NCBI GenBank assembly: GCA_027492795.1
Contig: JAPUEB010000035.1
Span: 63,221 to 127,220, forward strand
DNA length: 64,000 nt
Reading direction: 5' to 3'
Source of the DNA: Chryseobacterium sp.
GTDB taxonomy: Bacteria; Bacteroidota; Bacteroidia; Flavobacteriales; Weeksellaceae
Both the position numbers and the translations under genes were made by a program. Under the pieces are notes generated by a model. The model was given only the letters and a program-made list of their open reading frames with translations. It was not told the origin of the DNA and did not search any database. How positions within the stretch are numbered: the first letter of the stretch is position 1; each line of letters starts with the position of its first letter. This document shows positions 1-9,902 of the stretch, piece after piece.

Positions 1-135
1 GAAAAGATACAGCAATATGTAATAGATCCTTACCTTATTTCAAGGCGTTCAAATGTCTATACAGTAAAGTTTTTTCCGAAAGAAACTGCTGCAATAAATT
101 ATAAGGGAAAAGAATATCAATTGAAAGACGATTGA
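1..135 (+). CDS. 3' end of an unidentified CDS (partial, enters from window edge)
   Basis: Frame +1 is open from base 1 to TGA at 133-135 (44 codons, ...KGKEYQLKDD*). No recognisable motif. Confidence 0.3.
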   Translation, partial: EKIQQYVIDPYLISRRSNVYTVKFFPKETAAINYKGKEYQLKDD

Positions 136-187
136 ATTTTGTGATATTATTCATTTTTGTTTAACCTACTAAAAGGCTGCAAAAGCT

Positions 188-195
188 TAATTTTG
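188..195 (+). promoter_or_regulatory. Bacteroidota-type -7 promoter box (TAatTTTG)
   Basis: Exact TAnnTTTG match 27 nt upstream of the ATG at 222. Confidence 0.4.
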
Positions 196-221
196 CACTG
201 CTAATAATAAATCATTAGAAG

Positions 222-1910
222 ATGTTAGACTGGCTCAAAACCCTCATGCTTCCCGTAGAAAATCCTACCGTTATACAATCATTGATCGTTATAATGCTTG
301 CAATTGGCACCGGAATTTTCTTCGGCAGACTAAAAATTTCAAAAATTTCGTTAGGAGTTTCGGCAGTAATGTTTACCGGACTCATTTTAGGTCATATTGG
401 TTACCGCATTAATCTGGAAATTCTTGATTTTATAAGAGATTTTGGGTTGATACTTTTTGTTTATGCAATCGGGATACAAGTAGGGCCGTCTTTCTTCTCA
501 TCATTCAAAAGTGAAGGTCTAAAGTTTAATATATTGGCTGTTTCCTGTGTGCTTTTGGGAGGCTTAATTACATTTTTCTTGTTTAAAGCTACCGGACTGA
601 AGATTGAAAACCTGGTAGGAATAATGTCCGGTGCCGTAACAAACACTCCCGGTTTAGGTGCTGCAAAAAGCACTTTGGAAGAGATTAAAAACCAATATCC
701 TGAAAGAAATTTTGATGATCCCACCATTGGTTATGCAATTACCTATCCACTGGGAGTTTTGGGAATTATTGTTACCATCATTATATCAAAAATACTTTTG
801 AAAATAAATCCGGAGAAGGAAATGCGACTTTTCAGGCTGGCAAAAATAAAAACAGAGTTGCCGGTTATCAGCAAAAAAATAAGAATTATAAAACCGGAAG
901 TTGTTGGCAAAACTTTGCACCAACTCATTAGCGAAAGCGGAAAAAATATAGTGGTTTCCCGTTTGAAACACAGCGGCTCCGAAGCCGTTTTTTCACCCAC
1001 TTTGGATTCGCACGTAAGAATGCGCGATGTTTTGATGATTGTGGGACTAGAGAAAGACCTGGAAGAATTTACAGAAATGGTTGGCCGAAATTCCAGTGAC
1101 CAATTTATTGAAACAGGAAGCGATATTGTAACCAAGAATTTTTTTGTAACGCGACAGTCGGCAATGCATAAAAAGCTTTCGGAGCTTGATTTGTACAATA
1201 AATATGATCTAAAAGTAACCAGAGTTTTTCGTGCAGGTAAAGAGATGCTTGCAAGGCCGTCGCTCGAACTGTTTTATGGGGATAAAGTGAGGATTGTAGG
1301 AACAGAAGATTCCTTGAAAGAGGCTGAAAGAATTATAGGAAACTCCGAAAAAAAGCTTATAGAGCCGGATTTCCTGTCACTTTTTGGCGGATTATTGATT
1401 GGGATTATTGTTGGCTCAATTCCTTTCATGGTTCCATCATTACCTGTGCCTATAAAACTTGGTTTTGCAGCCGGACCTTTAATAACTGCTCTTTTTGTAA
1501 GCCGTTACGGAGGGATTTCCTTTATCCACTCCTATATCAATAATGGTGCGATATACTTTATGAAGGATCTTGGGATTTGTCTGTTTTTTGCGGCGGTTGG
1601 TGTGCATGCAGGCGAAAGTTTTTATGAAAACTTCATGAAGTACAATGGATGGATTTGGCTTTTGTACGCTTCTGCAATTACTTTTATACCTTTAGTTTTG
1701 ATGGTTTTTATTGGAAGATTTTTCATGAAAATCAATTTCCTACAGTTATCCGGAATTATGAGTGGTAGTTATACAGATCCTGCCGCGCTTTCATTCAGCA
1801 CTTCTTATCTGGATAGTGATGTTCCTTTGCAAAGCTATGCGCAAGTATATCCTTTGGTTACTATTTTCAGGATTTTTGTAGCGCAGATTCTGATACTTTT
1901 GCTGGTATAA
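222..1910 (+). CDS. Putative transporter of the YidE/YbjL (AspT/aspartate-alanine antiporter-like) family with central RCK_C/TrkA-C domains
   Basis: 562 aa. N- and C-terminal multi-TM halves flank a soluble about 170-aa segment. The duplicated architecture is typical of YidE/YbjL. Confidence 0.75.
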   Translation: MLDWLKTLMLPVENPTVIQSLIVIMLAIGTGIFFGRLKISKISLGVSAVMFTGLILGHIGYRINLEILDFIRDFGLILFVYAIGIQVGPSFFSSFKSEGLKFNILAVSCVLLGGLITFFLFKATGLKIENLVGIMSGAVTNTPGLGAAKSTLEEIKNQYPERNFDDPTIGYAITYPLGVLGIIVTIIISKILLKINPEKEMRLFRLAKIKTELPVISKKIRIIKPEVVGKTLHQLISESGKNIVVSRLKHSGSEAVFSPTLDSHVRMRDVLMIVGLEKDLEEFTEMVGRNSSDQFIETGSDIVTKNFFVTRQSAMHKKLSELDLYNKYDLKVTRVFRAGKEMLARPSLELFYGDKVRIVGTEDSLKEAERIIGNSEKKLIEPDFLSLFGGLLIGIIVGSIPFMVPSLPVPIKLGFAAGPLITALFVSRYGGISFIHSYINNGAIYFMKDLGICLFFAAVGVHAGESFYENFMKYNGWIWLLYASAITFIPLVLMVFIGRFFMKINFLQLSGIMSGSYTDPAALSFSTSYLDSDVPLQSYAQVYPLVTIFRIFVAQILILLLV

Positions 1911-1918
1911 TAAAAAAA

Positions 1919-1938
1919 GGCTGCAAAAAATTGCAGCC
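1919..1938. terminator. Bidirectional hairpin terminator between convergent genes
   Basis: ggctgcaa-aaaa-ttgcagcc is a perfect 8-bp stem. It is flanked by an A-run upstream and T-rich sequence downstream. Confidence 0.6.
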
Positions 1939-1946
1939 CTTAGATT

Positions 1947-2285
1947 TTATTCCACTTCTTCGTCCGATTCTATAGTGTATGATCTGGATTTAAAGTCTTT
2001 GTCGTGTTTTTCAGAAATTACATCCTCTCCTTTTTCATTGATGATGTATTCTGTACTTTCTTTAAACATTTCATGGAAAGCGCTGAAATCTTCTTTGTAA
2101 AGATAAATCTTATGCTTCTCGAATGTTGCCTCCCCGTTTTCTCCAAAGTTCTTTTTGCTCTCCGTAATCGTAAGATAATAATCTCCCGCTTTCGTCTCGC
2201 GCACATCAAAGAAATAGGTTCTTCTTCCTGCTTTTAACACCTTCGTGAAAATTTCGTTTTCGTGGCGTTCCTTGTAATCACTCAT
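1947..2285 (-). CDS. DUF3276 / PUR-alpha-like nucleic-acid-binding protein
   Basis: 112 aa. The ...FTKVLKAGRRTYFFDVRETKAGDYYLTITESKK... motif is typical of Bacteroidota PUR-like proteins. Confidence 0.7.
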   Translation of the reverse strand: MSDYKERHENEIFTKVLKAGRRTYFFDVRETKAGDYYLTITESKKNFGENGEATFEKHKIYLYKEDFSAFHEMFKESTEYIINEKGEDVISEKHDKDFKSRSYTIESDEEVE

Positions 2286-2400
2286 TGTACGATAATTTTA
2301 GAAATCTTATTCTAACAAATATAAAAGAAATCTTGGAATTGCAAAATAATTTTTAACCAATTCTCAACTAAAATGAATTATTTTTAGGATTTATTGAAAT

Positions 2401-4062
2401 TTATGCCGATTGCTGATCCTGTACTGCAGTGAGATTCAATATTTTATCTGCTCTTTTCGCGCTGCTTTCGCGGTGGGTAATAATGATGCAAGTGGTATTT
2501 TTTAGTTCTTTTTCTATATTTTGTAGGATATTTTCTTCGGTTTCCGTATCCAATGCAGAAAGCGAATCGTCGAAAATTAATATTCCCGGCTTCTTGATCA
2601 TGGCTCTCGCAATGCAAATTCTTTGTTTTTGTCCACCGGAAAGCATTACACCGCGCTCTCCTACCATGGTTTTGTACTGATCTTTAAACTCTATAATATT
2701 CTTGTGTACATCTGCCTTTTTTGCAAATTCTATAACAGTTTCCAGTGAAGGACTTTCGAGCGGAAAACCAATGTTATTTTCTATAGTATCCGAAAATAGA
2801 TAACTTTCCTGCGGAATATAACCTATAAATTTTCTGTAAATCTCAAGATTGTGGTCCCTCAAATCTTTACCATCAACTAATATTACCCCTTCTGTAGGAT
2901 CTATCAATCGGCAAAGCAAAAGCGCAATTGTAGATTTTCCGCTACCCGTTTTTCCCATAATTGCAAGGCTTTCTCCGGCTTTTATCTTAAAGCTTAAATT
3001 ATCCAATGCCTTTAAACCTGTGTTTGGATAAGTGTAGGAAACATTTTTAAATTCAATATCGCCTTTAATATCATAAATTGCGGAGTTGGTGTTTTTTATT
3101 TCAGTTTGCGCATCTAAAAACTCATTAATTCTGGACATGGATGCATCTGCTCTTTGATTTACAGACGTTACCCAGCCTACCATAGAAAACGGCCAGATAA
3201 GAATGTTGATGTACATAAAAAAATCTGCAATTTTTCCTACGGAGATTTCATTTGCCAAAAATTTAGAACCACCTATCAGTAATATTGCCACGTTCAAAAT
3301 CCCAATTACAAACAAGATTATTGTGAAAAAATAGGCTTCGGTTTTAGCTAGATCAAGTGCTTTATTTTGATAGTCAGCTACCTTCAAACCGTAATTTTTC
3401 TCAATGTACTTTTCTTTCGCAAAAAATTTGATAACCCGAATGCCAGAAAAGCTGTCCTGTACAAATGTGGAAATAGCAGACTGGCTTTTCTGCATAATTT
3501 TCGATTTTCGGTTAATTATCGAGCTTACTTTATAGATTACAAATGAAAGAATTGGTAATGGAATCAGCGTCCACAAAGTCATCTGTATATCGGTGTTCAA
3601 CATGTAGATGCTTGTAATAATCATCAAAACCATTAAATTCACCACATACATTACACCGGGTCCCAAATACATACGAACTGCCACTACATCTTCGCTTAAG
3701 CGGTTCATCAAATCCCCAATATTGGTTTTTTTGTATTGTGTAAGCGACATTTCCTGGTAATGCCGGTAAATTTTATTTTTCAGTTCATACTCAATCTTTC
3801 GGGAGGCTACAATAATGGTTTGGCGCATCATGAAGGTAAAAAAACCTGTGAGCAAGGATGAACCAACAATTATCGCCACATAGATAAGAACCTGCTTATT
3901 GAACCCAAAATGTTGATTTTTTGAAATTTCATCTACAGATTTTCCTACAAACTGAACTTTATAAATATTGAAGAAGTTACTTGCCACAATAAACAAAAAA
4001 CCCCAAAACAACATTACTTTGTGTTTCCAAAAATAGGGATTTAGAGTTTTTAGTGCGTTCAT
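2401..4062 (-). CDS. ABC transporter, fused permease/ATP-binding protein (MsbA/exporter type)
   Basis: 553 aa. N-terminal 6-TM domain, Walker A GKTGSGKST, signature LSGGQKQR, Walker B ILIFDD. Confidence 0.9.
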   Translation of the reverse strand: MNALKTLNPYFWKHKVMLFWGFLFIVASNFFNIYKVQFVGKSVDEISKNQHFGFNKQVLIYVAIIVGSSLLTGFFTFMMRQTIIVASRKIEYELKNKIYRHYQEMSLTQYKKTNIGDLMNRLSEDVVAVRMYLGPGVMYVVNLMVLMIITSIYMLNTDIQMTLWTLIPLPILSFVIYKVSSIINRKSKIMQKSQSAISTFVQDSFSGIRVIKFFAKEKYIEKNYGLKVADYQNKALDLAKTEAYFFTIILFVIGILNVAILLIGGSKFLANEISVGKIADFFMYINILIWPFSMVGWVTSVNQRADASMSRINEFLDAQTEIKNTNSAIYDIKGDIEFKNVSYTYPNTGLKALDNLSFKIKAGESLAIMGKTGSGKSTIALLLCRLIDPTEGVILVDGKDLRDHNLEIYRKFIGYIPQESYLFSDTIENNIGFPLESPSLETVIEFAKKADVHKNIIEFKDQYKTMVGERGVMLSGGQKQRICIARAMIKKPGILIFDDSLSALDTETEENILQNIEKELKNTTCIIITHRESSAKRADKILNLTAVQDQQSA

Positions 4063-4249
4063 TGTTGGATTTTCTGTGCTTGGAAGTCTTCTTTCGGCTT
4101 TTTGAACTGCAAAAGTATGAAAATGAAATTTGATTTCTCACCTTTAATTAATATGACATCTTTTTGTTTTTAAATTGATGTTCCGAAAATTATTAATGCT
4201 TTTCAAGAGCTTTCTTTTGTCATTCAACTTCCATCTTGCAACTTTTTCC

Positions 4250-4257
4250 TATCTTTG
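4250..4257 (+). promoter_or_regulatory. -7 promoter box (TAtcTTTG)
   Basis: Exact TAnnTTTG 21 nt upstream of the ATG at 4278. It lies inside the longer TTG-started track ORF, which argues for the 4278 start. Confidence 0.45.
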
Positions 4258-4277
4258 CACGCATAAAGTTCTTTGAA

Positions 4278-5183
4278 ATGTTAGGAAGACGACAAATTCG
4301 TGAAAAAGTAGTAGAATTTCTATATTCTTATCAGCAAAACCCTGTACCAATAGATGTTCTGGAGAGAAAACTTCTTTCAGAAATTGAAAAAATTTATCAT
4401 CTCTACATTTATCAGCTCAACTTTATGGTTGCCTTGAAAGAGCTTGCCATACAACAAATTGAGATTTCAAAAAACAAATTCATCAAAACAGATGAAACTA
4501 TAAATCCCAACCAAAAATTCATCAGCAACGAAATACTTCAGCAAATTGAAGATAATTCGGAAAGAATAGCATTCACATCCAAACACAAGGAACTTACTTG
4601 GGAGCTACACGATGATTTGCTTGTAAAAACGTTCCAGAGAATGGTGGCGGGGAAAAGGTATCAGGATTTCATGAAGGAAAGTGATGATACTTTTGAAGAA
4701 GGACAAAAATTTATCGGGAAACTTTTTTTAAGATATATTGCCGAAAATGAAGATTTCCACGAGCATTTGGAAGAAAAGGAGCTCAGTTGGGCGGATGATT
4801 TCCATATCTCGAATTCCATGATTCAGAAAACGATTGGATTTATGAAAAAAGATGAGCCAACACACACGCTCATTAAAATGATGAAAGATGAAGAAGATGA
4901 AACATTTGCCAAAAAACTCCTTCGAGAAACCGTTTATAATTGGGAAGAATCTGAAAAGAAACTAGTAGAAAAGCTGGAAAATTGGGATATAGAGAGAATT
5001 TCTTTAATAGACAAAATTATCCTCATTACCGCAATAACCGAACTGGATTATTTTCCGCTCACAGCTTCACGAATTATTATTAATGAATATATTGAAGTTT
5101 CAAAAGTATTTTCAACAGACAAATCCAATATCTTCGTGAACGGAATTTTAGATAAATATACCAAAGAAAAAAATCGAATTTAA
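4278..5183 (+). CDS. nusB: Transcription antitermination factor NusB (long Bacteroidota form)
   Basis: Starts MLGRRQIREKVVEFLY. C-terminal ...IINEYIEVSKVFSTDKSNIFVNGILDK is the NusB signature region. Confidence 0.85.
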   Translation: MLGRRQIREKVVEFLYSYQQNPVPIDVLERKLLSEIEKIYHLYIYQLNFMVALKELAIQQIEISKNKFIKTDETINPNQKFISNEILQQIEDNSERIAFTSKHKELTWELHDDLLVKTFQRMVAGKRYQDFMKESDDTFEEGQKFIGKLFLRYIAENEDFHEHLEEKELSWADDFHISNSMIQKTIGFMKKDEPTHTLIKMMKDEEDETFAKKLLRETVYNWEESEKKLVEKLENWDIERISLIDKIILITAITELDYFPLTASRIIINEYIEVSKVFSTDKSNIFVNGILDKYTKEKNRI

Positions 5184-5194
5184 TTATAAATAAT

Positions 5195-5701
5195 ATGAAA
5201 AGAACCGTTTTTATCGCAGCTTTGGCTTGTATGGCAACTGTTGCCTGCAAAGAGAACAAAAAAGCTGAAGTTCTACAAGAAGAAACCTTGATAGAAGGCC
5301 ATCCTAAAGGATTAGACAGTACGCAAACAGTAGCTCCCGCAATACCAACGCAAGATGAACTTATAAAAAACGCGCAAAGCAAACCGCTTACAAATTTAGT
5401 TTTATCCGAAAATCATTTTGATTTCGGAAAAATAAAAAAAGGTGAAAAAGTAGAGCACGTGTACGAAGTAACCAATACCGGTACAAATCCACTCATTATT
5501 TCTGAAGTAAAACCCGGTTGTGGATGTACTGCGCCAGAATTTACAAAAGAACCAATATTACCCGGAAAGAAAGGAAAAATTACTTTGAGTTTTGATTCCA
5601 GCAACTTCGACGGAATGGTGAACAAACAGGCAGAAGTATATGCCAATGTAGAAAAAACACCTATAACGCTGACATTTTCGGCAGACATACAACCTAATTA
5701 A
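5195..5701 (+). CDS. DUF1573 domain lipoprotein
   Basis: Lipoprotein signal (..ALACMATVAC). HFDFGKIKKGE...VTNTGTNPLIISEVKPGCGCT motif. Confidence 0.8.
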   Translation: MKRTVFIAALACMATVACKENKKAEVLQEETLIEGHPKGLDSTQTVAPAIPTQDELIKNAQSKPLTNLVLSENHFDFGKIKKGEKVEHVYEVTNTGTNPLIISEVKPGCGCTAPEFTKEPILPGKKGKITLSFDSSNFDGMVNKQAEVYANVEKTPITLTFSADIQPN

Positions 5702-5710
5702 TATAATAAA

Positions 5711-6043
5711 ATGCTAACAATATTTTTACAGGCAGCTCCATCCGGAGACGGAGGAATGACCATGATGCTGATGATGGCGGTAATGTTCGCGGGATTTTAT
5801 TTCCTGATGATTCGACCGCAGATGAGAAAGCAAAAACAAGAAAAAAACTTTCAGGAAGCCCTTAAAGTAGGGCAACGTGTGGTAACAACTTCCGGTTTAC
5901 ACGGTAGAATTGCCCAAATTCAGGAAGACGGTATTGTGCTGGAAACTCTTTCGGGAAAACTGAAATTTGAAAAGGCGGCTATTTCCAGAGAATTTACGCA
6001 GCAGAGATTTCCGGAAGGAGGCGCAAGCGACGAAAAGAAATAA
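5711..6043 (+). CDS. yajC: Preprotein translocase subunit YajC
   Basis: 110 aa. Single TM followed by FYFLMIRPQMRKQK...VGQRVVTTSGLHGRI. Confidence 0.85.
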   Translation: MLTIFLQAAPSGDGGMTMMLMMAVMFAGFYFLMIRPQMRKQKQEKNFQEALKVGQRVVTTSGLHGRIAQIQEDGIVLETLSGKLKFEKAAISREFTQQRFPEGGASDEKK

Positions 6044-6070
6044 CAGCAATTGAGGCTAAAAAACAAAAAA

Positions 6071-6098
6071 AACGTGTTGAAAATCAGCACGTTTTTTT
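6071..6098 (+). terminator. Rho-independent terminator after yajC
   Basis: Stem aacgtgttg / cagcacgtt (9 bp including one G-U), then a T7 run. Confidence 0.7.
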
Positions 6099-6101
6099 AT
6101 T

Positions 6102-6179
<78 letters not shown>

Positions 6180-6214
6180 GTTTTGTGGGTGCAAATATAA
6201 TACTTTTCCCAATA

Positions 6215-6934
6215 TTACAAAACTAATCCCTCAAAATTTCTGAAGGCGAGAAGTTTTTCAGTGGTAAAACCTTCTGCAAAATCACAACCTGAAAGCCTGC
6301 CTAAATTTTGGGCGCGGTAAGTAAGACTTTCTAAAAAATCTTTCGTTGCGATTGGAGTTACAGGTTCATTGGAATTTGGATCGTAAAACTGCGTTTTGAA
6401 AGCGAGACAAGCCTCAATTTTTTTATCCATAACATTCGAAATATCTACCACAAAATCTGGTGTTATTTCTTTCCATTGAATATAATGAAAAACCTGTTTC
6501 GGACGCCAAACTTCCTGATTTTTTCCTTCTAGAGAAGTTTCTATTTTCCGAAGTCCCGACAAAAAACAAGCATCCGAAACCAATTTCGAACCTTTCCCGT
6601 GATCCGGATGACGATCTTCTATGGAATTACAAAAAACAATTTCGGGACGGTATTTTCTTATCATTTTCACGACTTTTAGCTGGTGTTCTTCATCGTTTTT
6701 GAAAAAACCATCTCTCATTTCCAGATTTTCCCGATAAGAAATTCCTAATATTTTTGATGATTCCTCTGCTTCAGCTTTACGTGTTTCGTCTGTTCCCCTT
6801 GTTCCCAATTCTCCTTTGGTAAGATCCACTATGGCAACTGTTTTTCCCTCGGAAATAAGTTTCGCAAGCGTTCCGCCACAACCAAGTTCTACATCGTCAG
6901 GATGCGCGCCAAATGCTAATATATCTACTTTCAT
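6215..6934 (-). CDS. bshB1: Bacillithiol biosynthesis deacetylase BshB1 (LmbE/PIG-L family)
   Basis: MKVDILAFGAHPDDVELGCGGT...HPDH motifs. The longer track start (TTG at 6955) falls inside a -7 box. Confidence 0.8.
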   Translation of the reverse strand: MKVDILAFGAHPDDVELGCGGTLAKLISEGKTVAIVDLTKGELGTRGTDETRKAEAEESSKILGISYRENLEMRDGFFKNDEEHQLKVVKMIRKYRPEIVFCNSIEDRHPDHGKGSKLVSDACFLSGLRKIETSLEGKNQEVWRPKQVFHYIQWKEITPDFVVDISNVMDKKIEACLAFKTQFYDPNSNEPVTPIATKDFLESLTYRAQNLGRLSGCDFAEGFTTEKLLAFRNFEGLVL

Positions 6935-6952
6935 TTCAATAAAATCTAAAAT

Positions 6953-6960
6953 CAAATATA
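6953..6960 (-). promoter_or_regulatory. -7 promoter box (TAtaTTTG on minus strand)
   Basis: Plus-strand caaatata is the reverse complement of TAtaTTTG, 19 nt upstream of the ATG at 6934. Confidence 0.4.
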
Positions 6961-7025
6961 CAATTTTAAGTAAGAAAAAATCCCAACTTTAAAGTTGGGA
7001 TTATGAAAATTTCGCAAGGGAAAAT

Positions 7026-8699
7026 TTATTTATTAAGCAGTTTATTCAGATTAACTGCATCCGGATAAGTTGGATTCAGCTGTACCGCTTTTGCTGCGTA
7101 ATCTTTAGCTTTCACGATATCCTTTTTCTGGTTGTAGAAAGCTACAAGATAATAGGCATAAGAAAGCGCATCTTTGTTTTGTGCTTGTTCTGTAGGAGTT
7201 TGAGACAATACTGTGTCAATAAATTTTTGGTACGAAGCTTCTGCAGAAGCATCATTCTTCAAATGCTGATAAGCTGAACCTCTCGCGTAGTAAGAATATG
7301 CCCAAGTTGGTGAAATAGAAATCATCTTATCCCAAGTCATAATAGCACCGTTCCAGTTTTCAACCTCTTGATAAGCAGCTCCCAGCTTTACGAGTGCATC
7401 TACATCTTTTGGATTTGCTGCAACTTGCTTTTTCAGAGCTTCCACTGTTGGACTTGTAGGTCCTGCGTTTGCAGCTGAAACATCTGCACCTCCACCTTGC
7501 ATTTTAGCTAATTCCTGCGTCCAGTCTAAGGTTTCGTCCTTTGCGTTTTGAGCAATCTGTATCTTAGCCTGTGCATCCTGCATCATCGCATTCTTTTTAG
7601 CTGCATCTTTTTCATTTTTTGCCAAACCTGCAATTATCAAACCTTCTAAACCTTTATCTGCAGGTACAATCCTTGTTTTATCTACAACTGTATTTGCAAA
7701 AGTATTGAGGTTGGTTTGTGCTTGTGCATAATTACCATCGGCATAATCCAAATATGCTTTTAATTTGAATTTTATAGGATCCTGAACTGCATTAAAAATC
7801 TTGTCTAAAGTAGATCTGGAGTTTGTATAATCCTTGTTTGCAAAATATAATTTTGAAATTTCCAATTGTGTGTAGGGATCTTCATCTGCATATTTTGAAT
7901 AATTAATTAAAGCTTGGGTAGCATTTTGCGGTCTCTGAAATCTCATCTCAAAGGCAGCTAAAGCTTTGTATGCAGGCGCATAAGTAGCATCTGTAGCAAT
8001 AGCTTGTTTAATTTTCTCTTCGGCTTTTTGCCACTGCTGAGCCTGCATCCATAAAGTACCGATTCTGGTATATACCGATGCTTTATTTTTTGCTAATGGC
8101 AAAGCTTTATCATAAGCGGTCATTGCGTTTCCTGCAACCTGTGGACTGTTTGTTAATTTTAAACGATAAGCATCGCCTAATGTATAGTAATAATGTGCGG
8201 GAACACCTTTTTTATAGGCAATTTCTATTGCTTTATTAAGGTATTGAACCGCTAAATCGGGATTACTGTTTTTCGGAAAAAGAACTAAAGCTTCGCCCGC
8301 TCTGAACAATACTTCTGCATCTTTTTCTTTAGAATCTTTTACGATATTTTGGATTTCTGTTACTGCACTTTTATCACCTTTTCCCAGTCTTATGCTTGCG
8401 ATACCAACTTTATTGACTAAGCTTTTGCTACTTGCAGCCAAACCTTTCCTAAAGTTTTCTTCTGCTTTCACAAAATCTGGTTCGTTTTGCTTGAGGTAGG
8501 TATTGCCTAAATAAAAGTAATTTTCTGCGGATGGCGATTTCACCACCATTTCCTCAAAATTTTTCTTTGCTTTTGCATATTTATCACTATCCATACTTGC
8601 GATTCCTTCTTCCAAAGTTTGCGCAAAAGTGAGATTGGCAAAAAATGCTACCGCAACCCCTAAAACGATTTTCTTTGATACATTCATTATGTTTTTCAT
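7026..8699 (-). CDS. Secreted tetratricopeptide (TPR) repeat protein
   Basis: 557 aa. Signal peptide, then many A/Y/L-rich 34-aa TPR-like repeats (..YYLGNTYL.., ..AYSYYARGSAYQ..). Confidence 0.75.
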   Translation of the reverse strand: MKNIMNVSKKIVLGVAVAFFANLTFAQTLEEGIASMDSDKYAKAKKNFEEMVVKSPSAENYFYLGNTYLKQNEPDFVKAEENFRKGLAASSKSLVNKVGIASIRLGKGDKSAVTEIQNIVKDSKEKDAEVLFRAGEALVLFPKNSNPDLAVQYLNKAIEIAYKKGVPAHYYYTLGDAYRLKLTNSPQVAGNAMTAYDKALPLAKNKASVYTRIGTLWMQAQQWQKAEEKIKQAIATDATYAPAYKALAAFEMRFQRPQNATQALINYSKYADEDPYTQLEISKLYFANKDYTNSRSTLDKIFNAVQDPIKFKLKAYLDYADGNYAQAQTNLNTFANTVVDKTRIVPADKGLEGLIIAGLAKNEKDAAKKNAMMQDAQAKIQIAQNAKDETLDWTQELAKMQGGGADVSAANAGPTSPTVEALKKQVAANPKDVDALVKLGAAYQEVENWNGAIMTWDKMISISPTWAYSYYARGSAYQHLKNDASAEASYQKFIDTVLSQTPTEQAQNKDALSYAYYLVAFYNQKKDIVKAKDYAAKAVQLNPTYPDAVNLNKLLNK

Positions 8700-8779
8700 T
8701 TTTTAAATCTAAATTAAATTTTTACAACGCTATACTTTACACAATATTTATTCCAAAAATTTGAAAACCTTGATTTTTT

Positions 8780-9643
8780 TTACCTCATCTGCACTTCTCG
8801 TCTGTATAAATTATACTTTTGCAAACCTTCTTTTTCAACTATCATTTGCCCTAAATGAGTACATGAAAAGCGAATAAAACCATTTGCCATTCCGAAGTTA
8901 CCTTCGCTGGTAAGAAAATAAAGAACTCTGGTAAAAGGATATTGCATGGTGCGAAGATTATTGGAATCCGGCAAAAATATTTTACCTTTTTCGGTAATCG
9001 GCAAAATCTTTATAAGCGACCTAAGTGAATCCGCATCTTTGGAATAAGGCCTACTTATTGAGTTTAATGCAATCACACCTATCTTATTTGGATATCTTGA
9101 CAACTCTTTAATTATGTTTCTATTGCTATTAATAATAGAAAACTTAAGTTCTGACGGTTTTTTGTTCATTTTCTGCGCCACAAAGTTCAAATTACTGGAG
9201 TTCGTACCATCAAAAATAAACGGCTTATCATCCGAAAGCAATCCATTTTTAATTTCATCCATTGAAATAGATTCTTTAACAGAGTTTTTTGGAACAACAA
9301 AAACTACGGCATCCGCAGCAAACTTATCTGGTCTATACTTTAGATCCACCACTCTTTCAAACTCTGCAATCTCTTTTGCACTTAATTCGCGAGACATAAC
9401 GATGATTTGCGCCTTATTCTTCAACAGATCCATGAAACCAAAATCCTCTTTTTTTACCTGTACTTTCAACTTTGCATCCGGATAGTTAATCATGTAACCA
9501 TCTGCTAAAGCCTGTGTAACGCTTTCGAAGGATTCATCCGTAAGAATTGTAAGATTTCCTTGATGATAATTTTCAGGTTCTGAATTCTTTTTGCAGGAAC
9601 CGAAAAAAAGCAGAACCAGCAACAATATAATATTAATTCTCAT
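8780..9643 (-). CDS. PstS-like (PBP2) substrate-binding lipoprotein associated with the TonB/ExbBD locus
   Basis: 287 aa. Lipoprotein signal (FFGSC). Periplasmic-binding-protein-like sequence, in the conserved position downstream of tonB in Flavobacteriia. Confidence 0.6.
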   Translation of the reverse strand: MRINIILLLVLLFFGSCKKNSEPENYHQGNLTILTDESFESVTQALADGYMINYPDAKLKVQVKKEDFGFMDLLKNKAQIIVMSRELSAKEIAEFERVVDLKYRPDKFAADAVVFVVPKNSVKESISMDEIKNGLLSDDKPFIFDGTNSSNLNFVAQKMNKKPSELKFSIINSNRNIIKELSRYPNKIGVIALNSISRPYSKDADSLRSLIKILPITEKGKIFLPDSNNLRTMQYPFTRVLYFLTSEGNFGMANGFIRFSCTHLGQMIVEKEGLQKYNLYRREVQMR

Positions 9644-9830
9644 CTCGATTCTGTTTTATTCTGTAAATAGACCTTCCAATCCTAAAAACACCATAAAGCA
9701 TCATCAAACCACCTAATATGTATGCAATATTAGCTTCGAGCTGCACAAAAAACCACAGCTTCAGTATAATAAAAACACCTAGAAGAATGTAGAAAAAACC
9801 AGTTACAAGAGACAGCCAGTTAAACATCAT
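9633..9830 (-). CDS. Small two-TM membrane protein
   Basis: 65 aa with two hydrophobic helices. Overlaps the downstream gene start by 11 nt, suggesting operon coupling. Confidence 0.45.
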   Translation of the reverse strand: MMFNWLSLVTGFFYILLGVFIILKLWFFVQLEANIAYILGGLMMLYGVFRIGRSIYRIKQNRDEN

Positions 9831-9902
9831 TTATACTAAAAAATTATTAAAATTGAAAAAAGAGAAGCTATGCCTCTCTTTTTGATAATTTTGATTAAGA
9901 AT

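Noticed and set aside
4236-4277. N-terminal extensions of track ORFs (4236, 6955, 20859, 27297, 31889, 47469, 56609, 58856, 59783, 60320)
   Set aside because: The extensions contain or overlap the TAnnTTTG -7 box; at 6955 and 27297 the TTG 'start' is the box itself. In other cases they precede universally conserved N-termini (MCLAIPG of HypC, MFTGIIE of Rib[15 protein letters not shown] of AccC). Downstream ATGs were used instead.
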